A stretch of DNA of 43,811 nucleotides from an uncultured Candidatus Saccharibacteria bacterium (GCA_964363205.1 CAYIHD010000004.1:1-43811), one strand, 5' to 3'; positions 16,673 through 24,023 are shown, counted from the stretch's first letter. The notes: a model not told the origin generated them from the letters alone. Program-made: numbers and translations.

Positions 16673-17965
16673 TCACGCGGCGGGAGCGGTTGCGCCGTCT
16701 TGGCCGAGGAACCGTTTGGCGAAGTCCTTGCGGGTCGCCTCGTCGATTCCGGCGGCGTGGAGGATCTGCGCTTCTTGCTCCTCGAGACGCTCCAGGGCAT
16801 AGCTGAGGCGCTCGGGTTGGTCCTTCTGCACTTCTTGGCGGGCGTTGGTCGACGCGGCGCCGGCCTCGAGCATAGTGTCGAGGAGGCGGCGGTCGACTTC
16901 GTTGCCCGTCTTGAGCGCCGTGGCGACCAGCTCGATCTTCTTGAGCTGCTCCATGGTCTCGATGTAGTGCGCACGCTTGTTGGCGATGTTGCGGTTCTTG
17001 ACCTGCTGAGCAGCGGCAAGAGCCTTGGCATCCTTGGTCATTGCGATAGCAGTGCGCTCGTAGCCTGTATATTCTTGGGCGTTGATCTGCTCCTCCTTGG
17101 AGACAAGCAGGAGCGCACTCCGGTCCCCGGACGCCGTCTGCAGCTCAGCTTCGATGTCCGAGAGATTCTGCTGGAGCTGGCTGTAGTTGGTGTCTTTCTC
17201 GTCGGCATGGCTGAGCACGTCCTTCGCGGCGTCGCGTTGCGACTCAAGGTCCGTGATCTTCGTGTCGAGCTTGCCGATGAGTTCCCGCGTCTTTTTAGAG
17301 ACGTCAAAGGAGTGCGTTTTATCGGTCTTGATCTTCTCGGTCCGAGTGATCATGATCCGGTGGCCTTCCACGAGCGCGGCATAAGAGCGCTCGCCGTACG
17401 CCAGCAGCCGACCAAGGCTTTCTTCCATGTTCGCCTTGCGATATTCAGCAGTGATCTCGCGGGCGACCCCGGCGTTGATCTCGATGAGTGCCGCCTCAGC
17501 CTGTTCAAGTTCCTCCTTTGCGCTTGCGACAGGGTCGCGGGCGCCGAAGAAGGTCGAACGAGTCGGAGCGACTTCCATTTCAGCACGGGCATCGACCACC
17601 CTTTTGGCGGCCGCGGCCTTGCGGGCCGTCTGCGCCGGAGTTTCCTTGAAGAGGCTCTCCAGTTGCGAGTCGAGCCCTTTGGCGTATTCGGCGAAGGCGA
17701 GAACGACATCGGACATGTCCGTTTTGTCGCTATCCATCTTCGCTCGGACGTCCTTGAAGCGGGTGTTGAGGAGGCCGAGCGCCTCGGCACGCTTCTTCGG
17801 GTCTCGGATCTTTTCGGCCGTTTTACGGTCCTGGTCGATCTGAGCCATGTAGCCGGCGAGGATATCGTCGGTTTTTGCGCTCAAATTTTCTTCGACCTTG
17901 GCGGCCGCGGTTTCCATGAGGATACCGAGGTCGACAGTCGAAGCGGCTGGTGCGGCTTGCGCCAT
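16673..17965 (-). CDS. All-alpha coiled-coil protein; function unknown
   Basis: 430 aa, rich in A/E/K/Q/L/R with almost no Pro or Gly in the central region and heptad-like stretches throughout. SD GAAAGGA precedes the ATG at 17965. The huge + ORF 15851..18118 is its antisense shadow. Confidence 0.85.
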   Translation of the reverse strand: MAQAAPAASTVDLGILMETAAAKVEENLSAKTDDILAGYMAQIDQDRKTAEKIRDPKKRAEALGLLNTRFKDVRAKMDSDKTDMSDVVLAFAEYAKGLDSQLESLFKETPAQTARKAAAAKRVVDARAEMEVAPTRSTFFGARDPVASAKEELEQAEAALIEINAGVAREITAEYRKANMEESLGRLLAYGERSYAALVEGHRIMITRTEKIKTDKTHSFDVSKKTRELIGKLDTKITDLESQRDAAKDVLSHADEKDTNYSQLQQNLSDIEAELQTASGDRSALLLVSKEEQINAQEYTGYERTAIAMTKDAKALAAAQQVKNRNIANKRAHYIETMEQLKKIELVATALKTGNEVDRRLLDTMLEAGAASTNARQEVQKDQPERLSYALERLEEQEAQILHAAGIDEATRKDFAKRFLGQDGATAPAA

Positions 17966-18104
17966 AATCAGGTCCTTTCCCTGAGTTGTATTTGGACAGG
18001 CAATATACCCGTCCGGTTGAACGTTAACTGTTTTGTTGACTGCTATTCGGTTGTCAACGAACCGGTAGGAATGATGGTTTTGCCCCCACTCCGTTCCACC
18101 TGTG

Positions 18105-18133
18105 TATTTACACTATAGTGTAAATTTTGTCAA
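18105..18133 (-). promoter_or_regulatory. Candidate promoter TTGACA-17-TAAATA with an embedded 20-bp perfect palindrome (operator-like)
   Basis: The minus strand reads TTGACA (18133..18128), a 17-nt spacer, then TAAATA (18110..18105). The palindrome ATTTACACTATAGTGTAAAT (18106..18125) fills the spacer and most of the -10. Confidence 0.6.
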
Positions 18134-18268
18134 GTACTGTGGGGGCTTTAAAAATGGCTCAAATAAAGCTTTTTTTTGACATGCATTTACTTCTCAAAAA
18201 CAGAAGGTATATACTAAAAGGCAGTTAGTCGCCCCGCCGGTTGCGGGGCAAACAGAAGGAGAGTCTCC

Positions 18269-18706
18269 ATGAATCCCGGGTTACTGCTCATTGTCGGCGC
18301 AGCCGCCGTCAAAATCGTGTCGGTGGGGTGGCTGGTAAGCATCGCCACCTCCCCGGTCGCCATCGCCTCGCGCAAGCGGTTCCTCGAGGCCAACAAAGAG
18401 GGTCTCGAGAACATCGTCAAGCTCGGCATCGGCCCGAACGCAGAGGACCTTAAAGCGCTCCGCAAGGACTTCAAACTGCTACAGGCGCGGGTCGACACCG
18501 GCTGGGGCGAGACCCATCTTTTCTTCGCCGCCCTGCGTGTCTCAAACTGGAAATTTTGGGAGCACACAGCCGGCGCCATCAAGGGCGCGTGCGAGCTCTC
18601 CACCAATATGGCTGGAAGCGGGCTCGACAGTCTTAGCCGCGGCTTTGATTGGATTACTACGCCCGGCAAGCCGACCGGCAACCCCGACGGCAACATCCGG
18701 ACCTGA
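18269..18706 (+). CDS. Small single-pass membrane protein, divergent from the AAA+ operon
   Basis: 145 aa with an N-terminal hydrophobic helix (GLLLIVGAAAVKIVSVGWLVSIA). SD AAGGAGA lies 6 nt before the ATG. It ends at a terminator. Confidence 0.7.
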   Translation: MNPGLLLIVGAAAVKIVSVGWLVSIATSPVAIASRKRFLEANKEGLENIVKLGIGPNAEDLKALRKDFKLLQARVDTGWGETHLFFAALRVSNWKFWEHTAGAIKGACELSTNMAGSGLDSLSRGFDWITTPGKPTGNPDGNIRT

Positions 18707-18721
18707 CACAAGAAGCTACAG

Positions 18722-18745
18722 CTCCGCCCTCTGGCGGAGTTTTTT
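18722..18745. terminator. Stem-loop shared by the convergent 145-aa gene and alaS
   Basis: CTCCGCC (18722..18728), loop CTCT, GGCGGAG (18733..18739), then TTTTTT on the + strand. It overlaps the alaS stop codon. Confidence 0.75.
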
Positions 18746-20483
18746 ATTGCAGCACAGCTTTAATGCGCCTTATACCCTGCGCGACCGCCTCTTCTTTTAC
18801 AATTTTAAAAGTACCGAGCTCGCCGGTGCGCTGCACGTGCGGGCCGCCGCAGAATTCTGTCGAATATGCCGAGTCGAGCGGCCCGACAGAATAAACAGAA
18901 ACACGCTCAGGATACTTGGCCCCAAATTCGTGCTCCGCGCCCAGCTTTTCCGCCTCCGCAAGCGGCATTTCGGTGCGTACCACCGGCAAATCTTCTTTTA
19001 TTTTTTCATTCACCAGTTGTTCCAGTTGTTCCAGTTGTTCTGTTGTTAGTTTTTTATCGTGGCTAAAGTCGATGCGCAGGCGCTCTTGCGTAATATTGCT
19101 CCCCCGCTGGTGTACCTGCGGTCCGAGCACTTGTTGGAGCGCTTTAAGCAGGAGGTGGTGCGCGGTGTGGAGCCGTGTCGTTGCCTCGGATGTGTCGGCC
19201 AAACCACCCTTAAACTTTTGTTCCGAGCCGGCGCGACTTAGGTTTTGGTGTTCTTTGAGCAGCTCTTTAAACCCCTCAAAATCTATTTGTTTAATACCCT
19301 TCAATCCCGCCTCCTCGGCGATAAGTTCTATGGGAAATCCGTAGGTGGTAAAAAGTTGGAACGCGTCCTGTGCCGAAAGCGACCCGCCGGCGGTAAACCG
19401 CGCGAGCTCCTTCATCCCGCGCTCGAGCGTCTTGCGGAAACGTGCTTCTTCGGCCCCGATTTCTGCGACGCCTGTCAGGTCGCCGAGTTTTCCGTGCGGG
19501 ACGCCGAGCGCATCGGCATAGCGCACCGCGCGGCGGATAAGCCGCCTCACAACATAGCCGCGCTCCACATTGCCGGGGAGTACGCCGTCTGCTATCAAAT
19601 ACCCCGCCGCGCGCAGGTGGTCAGCAATGATACGGAACGGGTGTTTTTCTTGCGCGTATTTTTTGCCGCTCAAATCCTCAAGTTTTTTTATAAGCGGCGT
19701 AAAGGCTTCGGTGGCAAACACGTCCGGATTATCTATTGATGCCGCCGCGATACGCTCGAGCCCGCCGCCAAAGTCGACGTTTTGCTTCGGCAAAAGACCG
19801 AAGGAACCGTCCGGATTTTTGAGGTACTGCATAAACACCGAGTTGCCGATTTCGAGGAAGCGCCCGCAGTCGCAGTTGGGGTGGCACTGCGCGCCGAACT
19901 CAGGCTTGTGCTCGATATGCTCAAACTCATAAAAAACTTCCGAGTCCGGGCCGCCCGGTTCGCCGGCAGGCATTTTGTCCGGCGTGCCCGCGCGGCTCCA
20001 CCAGTTTTTGCTTGAGCCGTAAAATTTAATATGATCCTCCGGCATCCCCAGAGCTTTCCAAATCTCCGCCGACTCGGTGTCCTTCGGCAAGTTCAGCGCG
20101 GCGTCGCCCTCAAAACAAGTGACCCACAGACGCTCCTTTGGTATCCCGATTTCTTTGGTAAAAAATTCGAACGCAAAGCCGAGTTGTTCCTTTTTAAAAT
20201 AATCGCCGAGCGACCAGTTGCCGAGCATTTCAAAAAAGGTGGTGTGCCGGTTGTCCCCCACCTCTTCTATATCCATTGAGCGAAAACATTTCTGCGAGTT
20301 TGCCAAGCGATTGCCGGCAGGATGCGGCGCGCCAAGGAGATACGGCACCAGCGGCTGCATCCCCGAGCCGGTAAAAAGTGTTGTCGGGTCGTTCTCGGGC
20401 ACCAACGGGGCCGACGGGATTATGGTGTGCCCCTTGCTCTCAAAAAATCGCAGATATTTTTCCCGCACTTCGTTAGGGGTCAT
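18744..20483 (-). CDS. alaS: Alanine--tRNA ligase, short form (579 aa)
   Basis: Starts MTPNEVREKYLRFFESKGHTIIPSAPLVPENDPTTLFTGSGMQ, with an editing-domain HxxxH (HTAHHLLLKAL) and GGPHV. It ends right after the editing core, so the C-Ala/DHHA1 domain is absent. Confidence 0.93.
   Translation of the reverse strand: MTPNEVREKYLRFFESKGHTIIPSAPLVPENDPTTLFTGSGMQPLVPYLLGAPHPAGNRLANSQKCFRSMDIEEVGDNRHTTFFEMLGNWSLGDYFKKEQLGFAFEFFTKEIGIPKERLWVTCFEGDAALNLPKDTESAEIWKALGMPEDHIKFYGSSKNWWSRAGTPDKMPAGEPGGPDSEVFYEFEHIEHKPEFGAQCHPNCDCGRFLEIGNSVFMQYLKNPDGSFGLLPKQNVDFGGGLERIAAASIDNPDVFATEAFTPLIKKLEDLSGKKYAQEKHPFRIIADHLRAAGYLIADGVLPGNVERGYVVRRLIRRAVRYADALGVPHGKLGDLTGVAEIGAEEARFRKTLERGMKELARFTAGGSLSAQDAFQLFTTYGFPIELIAEEAGLKGIKQIDFEGFKELLKEHQNLSRAGSEQKFKGGLADTSEATTRLHTAHHLLLKALQQVLGPQVHQRGSNITQERLRIDFSHDKKLTTEQLEQLEQLVNEKIKEDLPVVRTEMPLAEAEKLGAEHEFGAKYPERVSVYSVGPLDSAYSTEFCGGPHVQRTGELGTFKIVKEEAVAQGIRRIKAVLQ
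19012..19038. repeat. 9-bp tandem repeat x3 (CCAGTTGTT) inside alaS
   Basis: Three exact copies at 19012..19020, 19021..19029 and 19030..19038, encoding EQLEQLEQL on the minus strand. Confidence 0.9.
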
Positions 20484-20509
20484 TGCACTTGAGAATACAA
20501 CAGTTTTTT

Positions 20510-20542
20510 ACAAAAGAAAAAGGTCGGGAATTGCTCCCGACC
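20510..20542 (-). terminator. Intrinsic terminator after the 402-aa gene
   Basis: GGTCGGGA (20522..20529) pairs with TCCCGACC (20535..20542). On the minus strand it is followed by TTTTTCTTTT. Confidence 0.8.
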
Positions 20543-20554
20543 CTCGCGGTCTTC

Positions 20555-21763
20555 TTATTCATCTTCAAGCACTTCGGTCTTTGTACCGCCGATGATGCCG
20601 AAGTACGGCACCAAGTCTTTCCGGATCAGTCGTGGTGGAACCTCGATGTCTTTTGGAGCAGTAACAGGAGTACGATTTCGACGCTTCATGTGTCTTCGTC
20701 GCCAATGCGGCCGTTTGAAGAATCCTGAGTTTTGGCTCTTCCTTTCCGATACACCGTAAGTAGATGGATCGAGTCGAGCTTCGCCCAAGATTGTACAAAT
20801 ATGCTCGGGTTGCGTGATAATACCGGTGACACCGCGCTTCCCTCGCTTTTGCTTCGGGCGTTTTTTCTCTTTCCACAACACCTCGGTCGAAGAAAGAGTG
20901 CGGAGATATAAGCACCACCCGACAACTATCTTAGCCGCGTCACTCATTGCCGGTAGCCATCCTTCTGTGTAGTAAGGATCGCTTAAGATTTTTTGACGGT
21001 CGCTTTCGCCAAATGACTCTAGCAAGTCCTCGGGTTCTAAACGTACTCGTTCAGTTCGTGGGGTGGCGTCACCGCGAAAGACAACAGACTCCTCTGCCGG
21101 AGGAAACGCCCAATTGTCCCTCCATTCCGTGAACTTGTCATCAAGGAACTCAATCGCTTGACGTTGGCCACGGCGACACATTACATCGAAGCGGTGTTTT
21201 GTCTCCTCTGTTAGAAAGGAATTAACGTTTGGTTCCGAACAGCCCAGCATACGTAGTGAATACCCGCGGGCTATTTTTGGATGTGATACCAAGATGGTGT
21301 CGTAGTAGTATTGGCCGCCGGAGACGTCCATACCGGTGACATTTGCCCCTTCGAGAGTAAGAATAAAACTCTCAAAAGGAAACAGCACGTCCTGCCAACG
21401 TACCGCCGGATAGGTGGCGGCCGCCAGAGTCTTCCACAGTCCTTCCGGAAGATGAAAAACCCGGCGAGATTTACGGCTCCACTCGAAGAACTCGAACGGG
21501 AAGCGGTACATTGCATCGAACTCGGGGATCTTCCCTTCAAAATCCAGAAAGGTACCCCACTGCTCCGGCTTTAGTTCCAAGACGGTGTTGTTGAAGATGG
21601 TTCCTTCCAGTTGTTTCCACCGGTAGATCTGAGGTGGAAAATAGGTTGAGTTGGGAGGTAACACCCCATCGTGTGCAGCCCGGAAAGACGCCTCCACAAA
21701 CCAGCAGGTATCCTTCCAAAACGACAATGCCGCCTGCAAGCGGTCTGACGCAAACGAGGCCAT
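20555..21763 (-). CDS. Hypothetical protein with a very basic C-terminal segment
   Basis: 402 aa with SD GGAGAA 5 nt before the ATG. The Trp/Phe-rich body is followed by KKRPKQKRGKRG...RPHWRRRHMKRRNR. The region is visibly more AT-rich than its neighbours. Confidence 0.75.
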   Translation of the reverse strand: MASFASDRLQAALSFWKDTCWFVEASFRAAHDGVLPPNSTYFPPQIYRWKQLEGTIFNNTVLELKPEQWGTFLDFEGKIPEFDAMYRFPFEFFEWSRKSRRVFHLPEGLWKTLAAATYPAVRWQDVLFPFESFILTLEGANVTGMDVSGGQYYYDTILVSHPKIARGYSLRMLGCSEPNVNSFLTEETKHRFDVMCRRGQRQAIEFLDDKFTEWRDNWAFPPAEESVVFRGDATPRTERVRLEPEDLLESFGESDRQKILSDPYYTEGWLPAMSDAAKIVVGWCLYLRTLSSTEVLWKEKKRPKQKRGKRGVTGIITQPEHICTILGEARLDPSTYGVSERKSQNSGFFKRPHWRRRHMKRRNRTPVTAPKDIEVPPRLIRKDLVPYFGIIGGTKTEVLEDE

Positions 21764-21820
21764 TGGTATTCTCCATATGTTGCATGTCCTATCTCAGAAC
21801 ACTATAACACAAATCAGGTA

Positions 21821-21849
21821 ATAAAAAAGCCCTCAGCTTGCGCTGAGGG
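21821..21849 (-). terminator. Intrinsic terminator downstream of a small ORF
   Basis: CCCTCAGC (21830..21837) pairs with GCTGAGGG (21842..21849). On the minus strand it is followed by CTTTTTTATT. Confidence 0.75.
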
Positions 21850-22000
21850 ACTTGAGCGGGCGCTCGCGGTTGACTTTGTTGAGCACCATCCGCATTTCTT
21901 GCGTCAGTTGCCATGCACAGCCGACCTTTCGGCGGGCAGCGACAACATTCTTTTTCCCGATGCTTATGAGCATGCGGGAGCTTTTCGGTCTCCATCCCAC
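21833..22000 (-). CDS. Candidate small basic protein (55 aa, GTG start); the frame is uncertain
   Basis: AAGGAGG lies 5 nt before the GTG at 22000. My hand translation is MGWRPKSSRMLISIGKKNVVAARRKVGCAWQLTQEMRMVLNKVNRERPLKSLSAS*, with the stop inside the terminator stem. The track ORF 21789..21995 (another frame) shares the same SD but reads through the terminator. Confidence 0.35.
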   Translation of the reverse strand: MGWRPKSSRMLISIGKKNVVAARRKVGCAWQLTQEMRMVLNKVNRERPLKSLSAS

Positions 22001-22048
22001 ACTGTCCTCCTTTAGAAAACTCTGTTAGTATTCTGCTACTTTTACTCT

Positions 22049-24019
22049 ATGAAAAAAACAGATAAAAAACAAGCGTATTGGGGATTTGATGTTAAAAATA
22101 TAGACAAGAGCGTGCGGGCGCAGGATGACTTTTATCATTACGCCAACGGCGGTTGGCTGCGCAAGACCAAGATACCGCCCGAGGAGTCGCGGTGGGGCTC
22201 CTTTACCGTTTTGCGCTACAACACCGAGCAGCAGCTCAAAAAAATAGTTACCACCACGAGGCACCCGCTGGTACGGGGCGTCTACCGCTCCGCCATCGAT
22301 ATGAAGACCCGCAACAAGCTCGATGCGGGGCCGATGGCGCCCCTGCGCCTCTTGGTGCGTGATATTAAAAATAAAGAAGACTTGCTGCGGGTTATCGCGC
22401 GCCTGCACGTGCTCGGTGTGTCGGCGGGTTGGGGCGCGATGGTCGACCAAGACTCCAAAGACTCCTCGCGCTACGCATTGCATCTCTGGCAAGGAGGTTT
22501 GGGGCTGCCGGAGCGCGACTATTATCTCCTAAACAAGCCGGAGCAAAAGCGCGTCCGTGCGGCGTATATAGCGCATATCAAAAAACTTTCACAGCTAGCG
22601 GGTGCCTCGACCAAAGAGTCCGAGCAAATATCCAGGACGGTCCTGGATATTGAGACCAAACTGGCAAAAGTGTCGATGAAAAAGGAGGACGCCCGCGATT
22701 CTGAAAAGGTGTATCACAAACTCACAGTTGCACAGCTGCAAAAGCTTTGTCCTGCAGTTGATTGGAGATTGTATTTTGCTAGAACCCTAGCCCCTAGCCT
22801 CAAGTCCCTAATTGTGGGCCAGCCGGAATTTTTTAAAGCAATAAGCACGATGATTAAAAATATTCCGCTCGATGAGTGGAAGACATACCTCGAGTGGCAC
22901 GTGATAAGCGACTGCTCTTCCCTGCTATCAGACCGTTTTATCCGCGAGAATTTTAAGTATGCGCAGGTTCTTACCGGACAAAAAAAGATGCGCGCGCTGT
23001 GGCGCCGCGCGCTCGGCGCAACCGGCATTGTCGGCGACGCGCTCGGCGAGGAGTATGTCAAACGATACTTCCCCGCGGCATCCAAACACACCATGGACGC
23101 GCTGGTGAGCGACTTGTTTGACGTGTACGAAAGCCGGATTAAAAAGCTCGACTGGATGAGCGCCGCCACCAAGCGCAAGGCGGTGGTTAAGCTTCGCGCC
23201 ATGAAGCGCAAAATAGGCTATCCCGAAAAGTGGGAACACTATAAAGGCCTTTCGATAGAAGCCGGCGATTATTTCGGCAATATGCTGCGCGCCGCACAGT
23301 GGCATCACCGCAAGCAGATGCGCAAACTGCGCAAGCCGATAGACCGCGCCGAGTGGTTTATGTACCCGCACACCGTCAACGCCTACTACCACTCAAATCT
23401 CAACGAAATAGTTTTCCCCGCGGCTATTTTGCAGTGGCCGTTCTTTGACCCGCGTGCCGACATGGCGGTCAATTATGCCGGCATAGGCTCGGTCATCGGC
23501 CATGAGATAACGCACGGCTTCGACGATCAGGGCTCCAAGTTTGACGCTAAAGGCAATATGAAAAGCTGGTGGACCGCGGCCGACCGCAAACGCTTTATGC
23601 AAAAAAGTAAGTCGTTTGTAAGCCAAGCAAACGAGGTTGAGGTCGAGTCCGGCGTGCACATCAACGGCCAACTGACGCTCGGCGAAAATATGGCCGACAT
23701 GGGCGGGCTTGTTATAGCTTACGAGGCATATCAGCGATACCTTGCAAAAAATGGTTCGACAAGCTCACCACAAGCCGGTCGCACGACGGTTGCCGGCCTT
23801 TCGCCCGAGGAGCGGTTTTTCCTCGGCTATGCGCAGATGGAACGGGAGCAGAGTCGGCCGGAGGTTAAAAAACTTGCCGCGCTGACCGACCCGCACGCCG
23901 AGGCGTCATGGCGCATAAACGGTCCGCTCTCCAACTTTGAGCCCTTCTACAAAACCTTCAACATCAAAAAAGGCGACAAACTCTACCGCCCCCCAAAATC
24001 CCGCGCTGAAATCTGGTAA
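22049..24019 (+). CDS. pepO: M13-family zinc metallopeptidase (neprilysin/PepO-like)
   Basis: 656 aa with the HExxH site VIGHEITHGFD, the second zinc-ligand block GENMADMGG, a NAYY motif and a C-terminal ...PKSRAEIW. This is typical M13. Confidence 0.9.
   Translation: MKKTDKKQAYWGFDVKNIDKSVRAQDDFYHYANGGWLRKTKIPPEESRWGSFTVLRYNTEQQLKKIVTTTRHPLVRGVYRSAIDMKTRNKLDAGPMAPLRLLVRDIKNKEDLLRVIARLHVLGVSAGWGAMVDQDSKDSSRYALHLWQGGLGLPERDYYLLNKPEQKRVRAAYIAHIKKLSQLAGASTKESEQISRTVLDIETKLAKVSMKKEDARDSEKVYHKLTVAQLQKLCPAVDWRLYFARTLAPSLKSLIVGQPEFFKAISTMIKNIPLDEWKTYLEWHVISDCSSLLSDRFIRENFKYAQVLTGQKKMRALWRRALGATGIVGDALGEEYVKRYFPAASKHTMDALVSDLFDVYESRIKKLDWMSAATKRKAVVKLRAMKRKIGYPEKWEHYKGLSIEAGDYFGNMLRAAQWHHRKQMRKLRKPIDRAEWFMYPHTVNAYYHSNLNEIVFPAAILQWPFFDPRADMAVNYAGIGSVIGHEITHGFDDQGSKFDAKGNMKSWWTAADRKRFMQKSKSFVSQANEVEVESGVHINGQLTLGENMADMGGLVIAYEAYQRYLAKNGSTSSPQAGRTTVAGLSPEERFFLGYAQMEREQSRPEVKKLAALTDPHAEASWRINGPLSNFEPFYKTFNIKKGDKLYRPPKSRAEIW
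22627..22651. repeat. 25-bp palindrome (12-1-12) inside pepO; its 18-nt core recurs at 43277..43294
   Basis: AATATCCAGGAC-G-GTCCTGGATATT, verified base by base. The run TATCCAGGACGGTCCTGG is identical to the atpD-atpC spacer copy. Confidence 0.9.
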
Positions 24020-24023
24020 GGTA

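Noticed and set aside
15851-18118. A 755-aa ORF on the + strand, the longest ORF in the window.
   Set aside because: It runs antisense across two SD-led, terminator-bounded minus-strand genes. Its low-complexity Arg/Leu/Gly/Val-rich composition is typical of shadow ORFs in GC-rich DNA. It has no SD or promoter context.
8396-18745. Prophage or integrative element as an explanation for the island.
   Set aside because: I recognise no integrase, recombinase, transposase, terminase, capsid or tail genes. I found no flanking direct repeats at the boundaries. The only tRNA in the window is more than 22 kb away.
21789-21995. The 68-aa track ORF (METEKLPHAHKHREKECCRC...).
   Set aside because: It reads straight through a strong terminator stem and U-tract. 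An alternative 55-aa GTG frame behind the same SD stops inside the stem. Neither frame can be confirmed, so only the latter is listed, at low confidence.
22025-23671. Minus-strand ORFs inside pepO (22025..22492, 22714..23211, 22928..23392, 23393..23671).
   Set aside because: They are antisense to a complete M13 peptidase frame carrying all its catalytic motifs.
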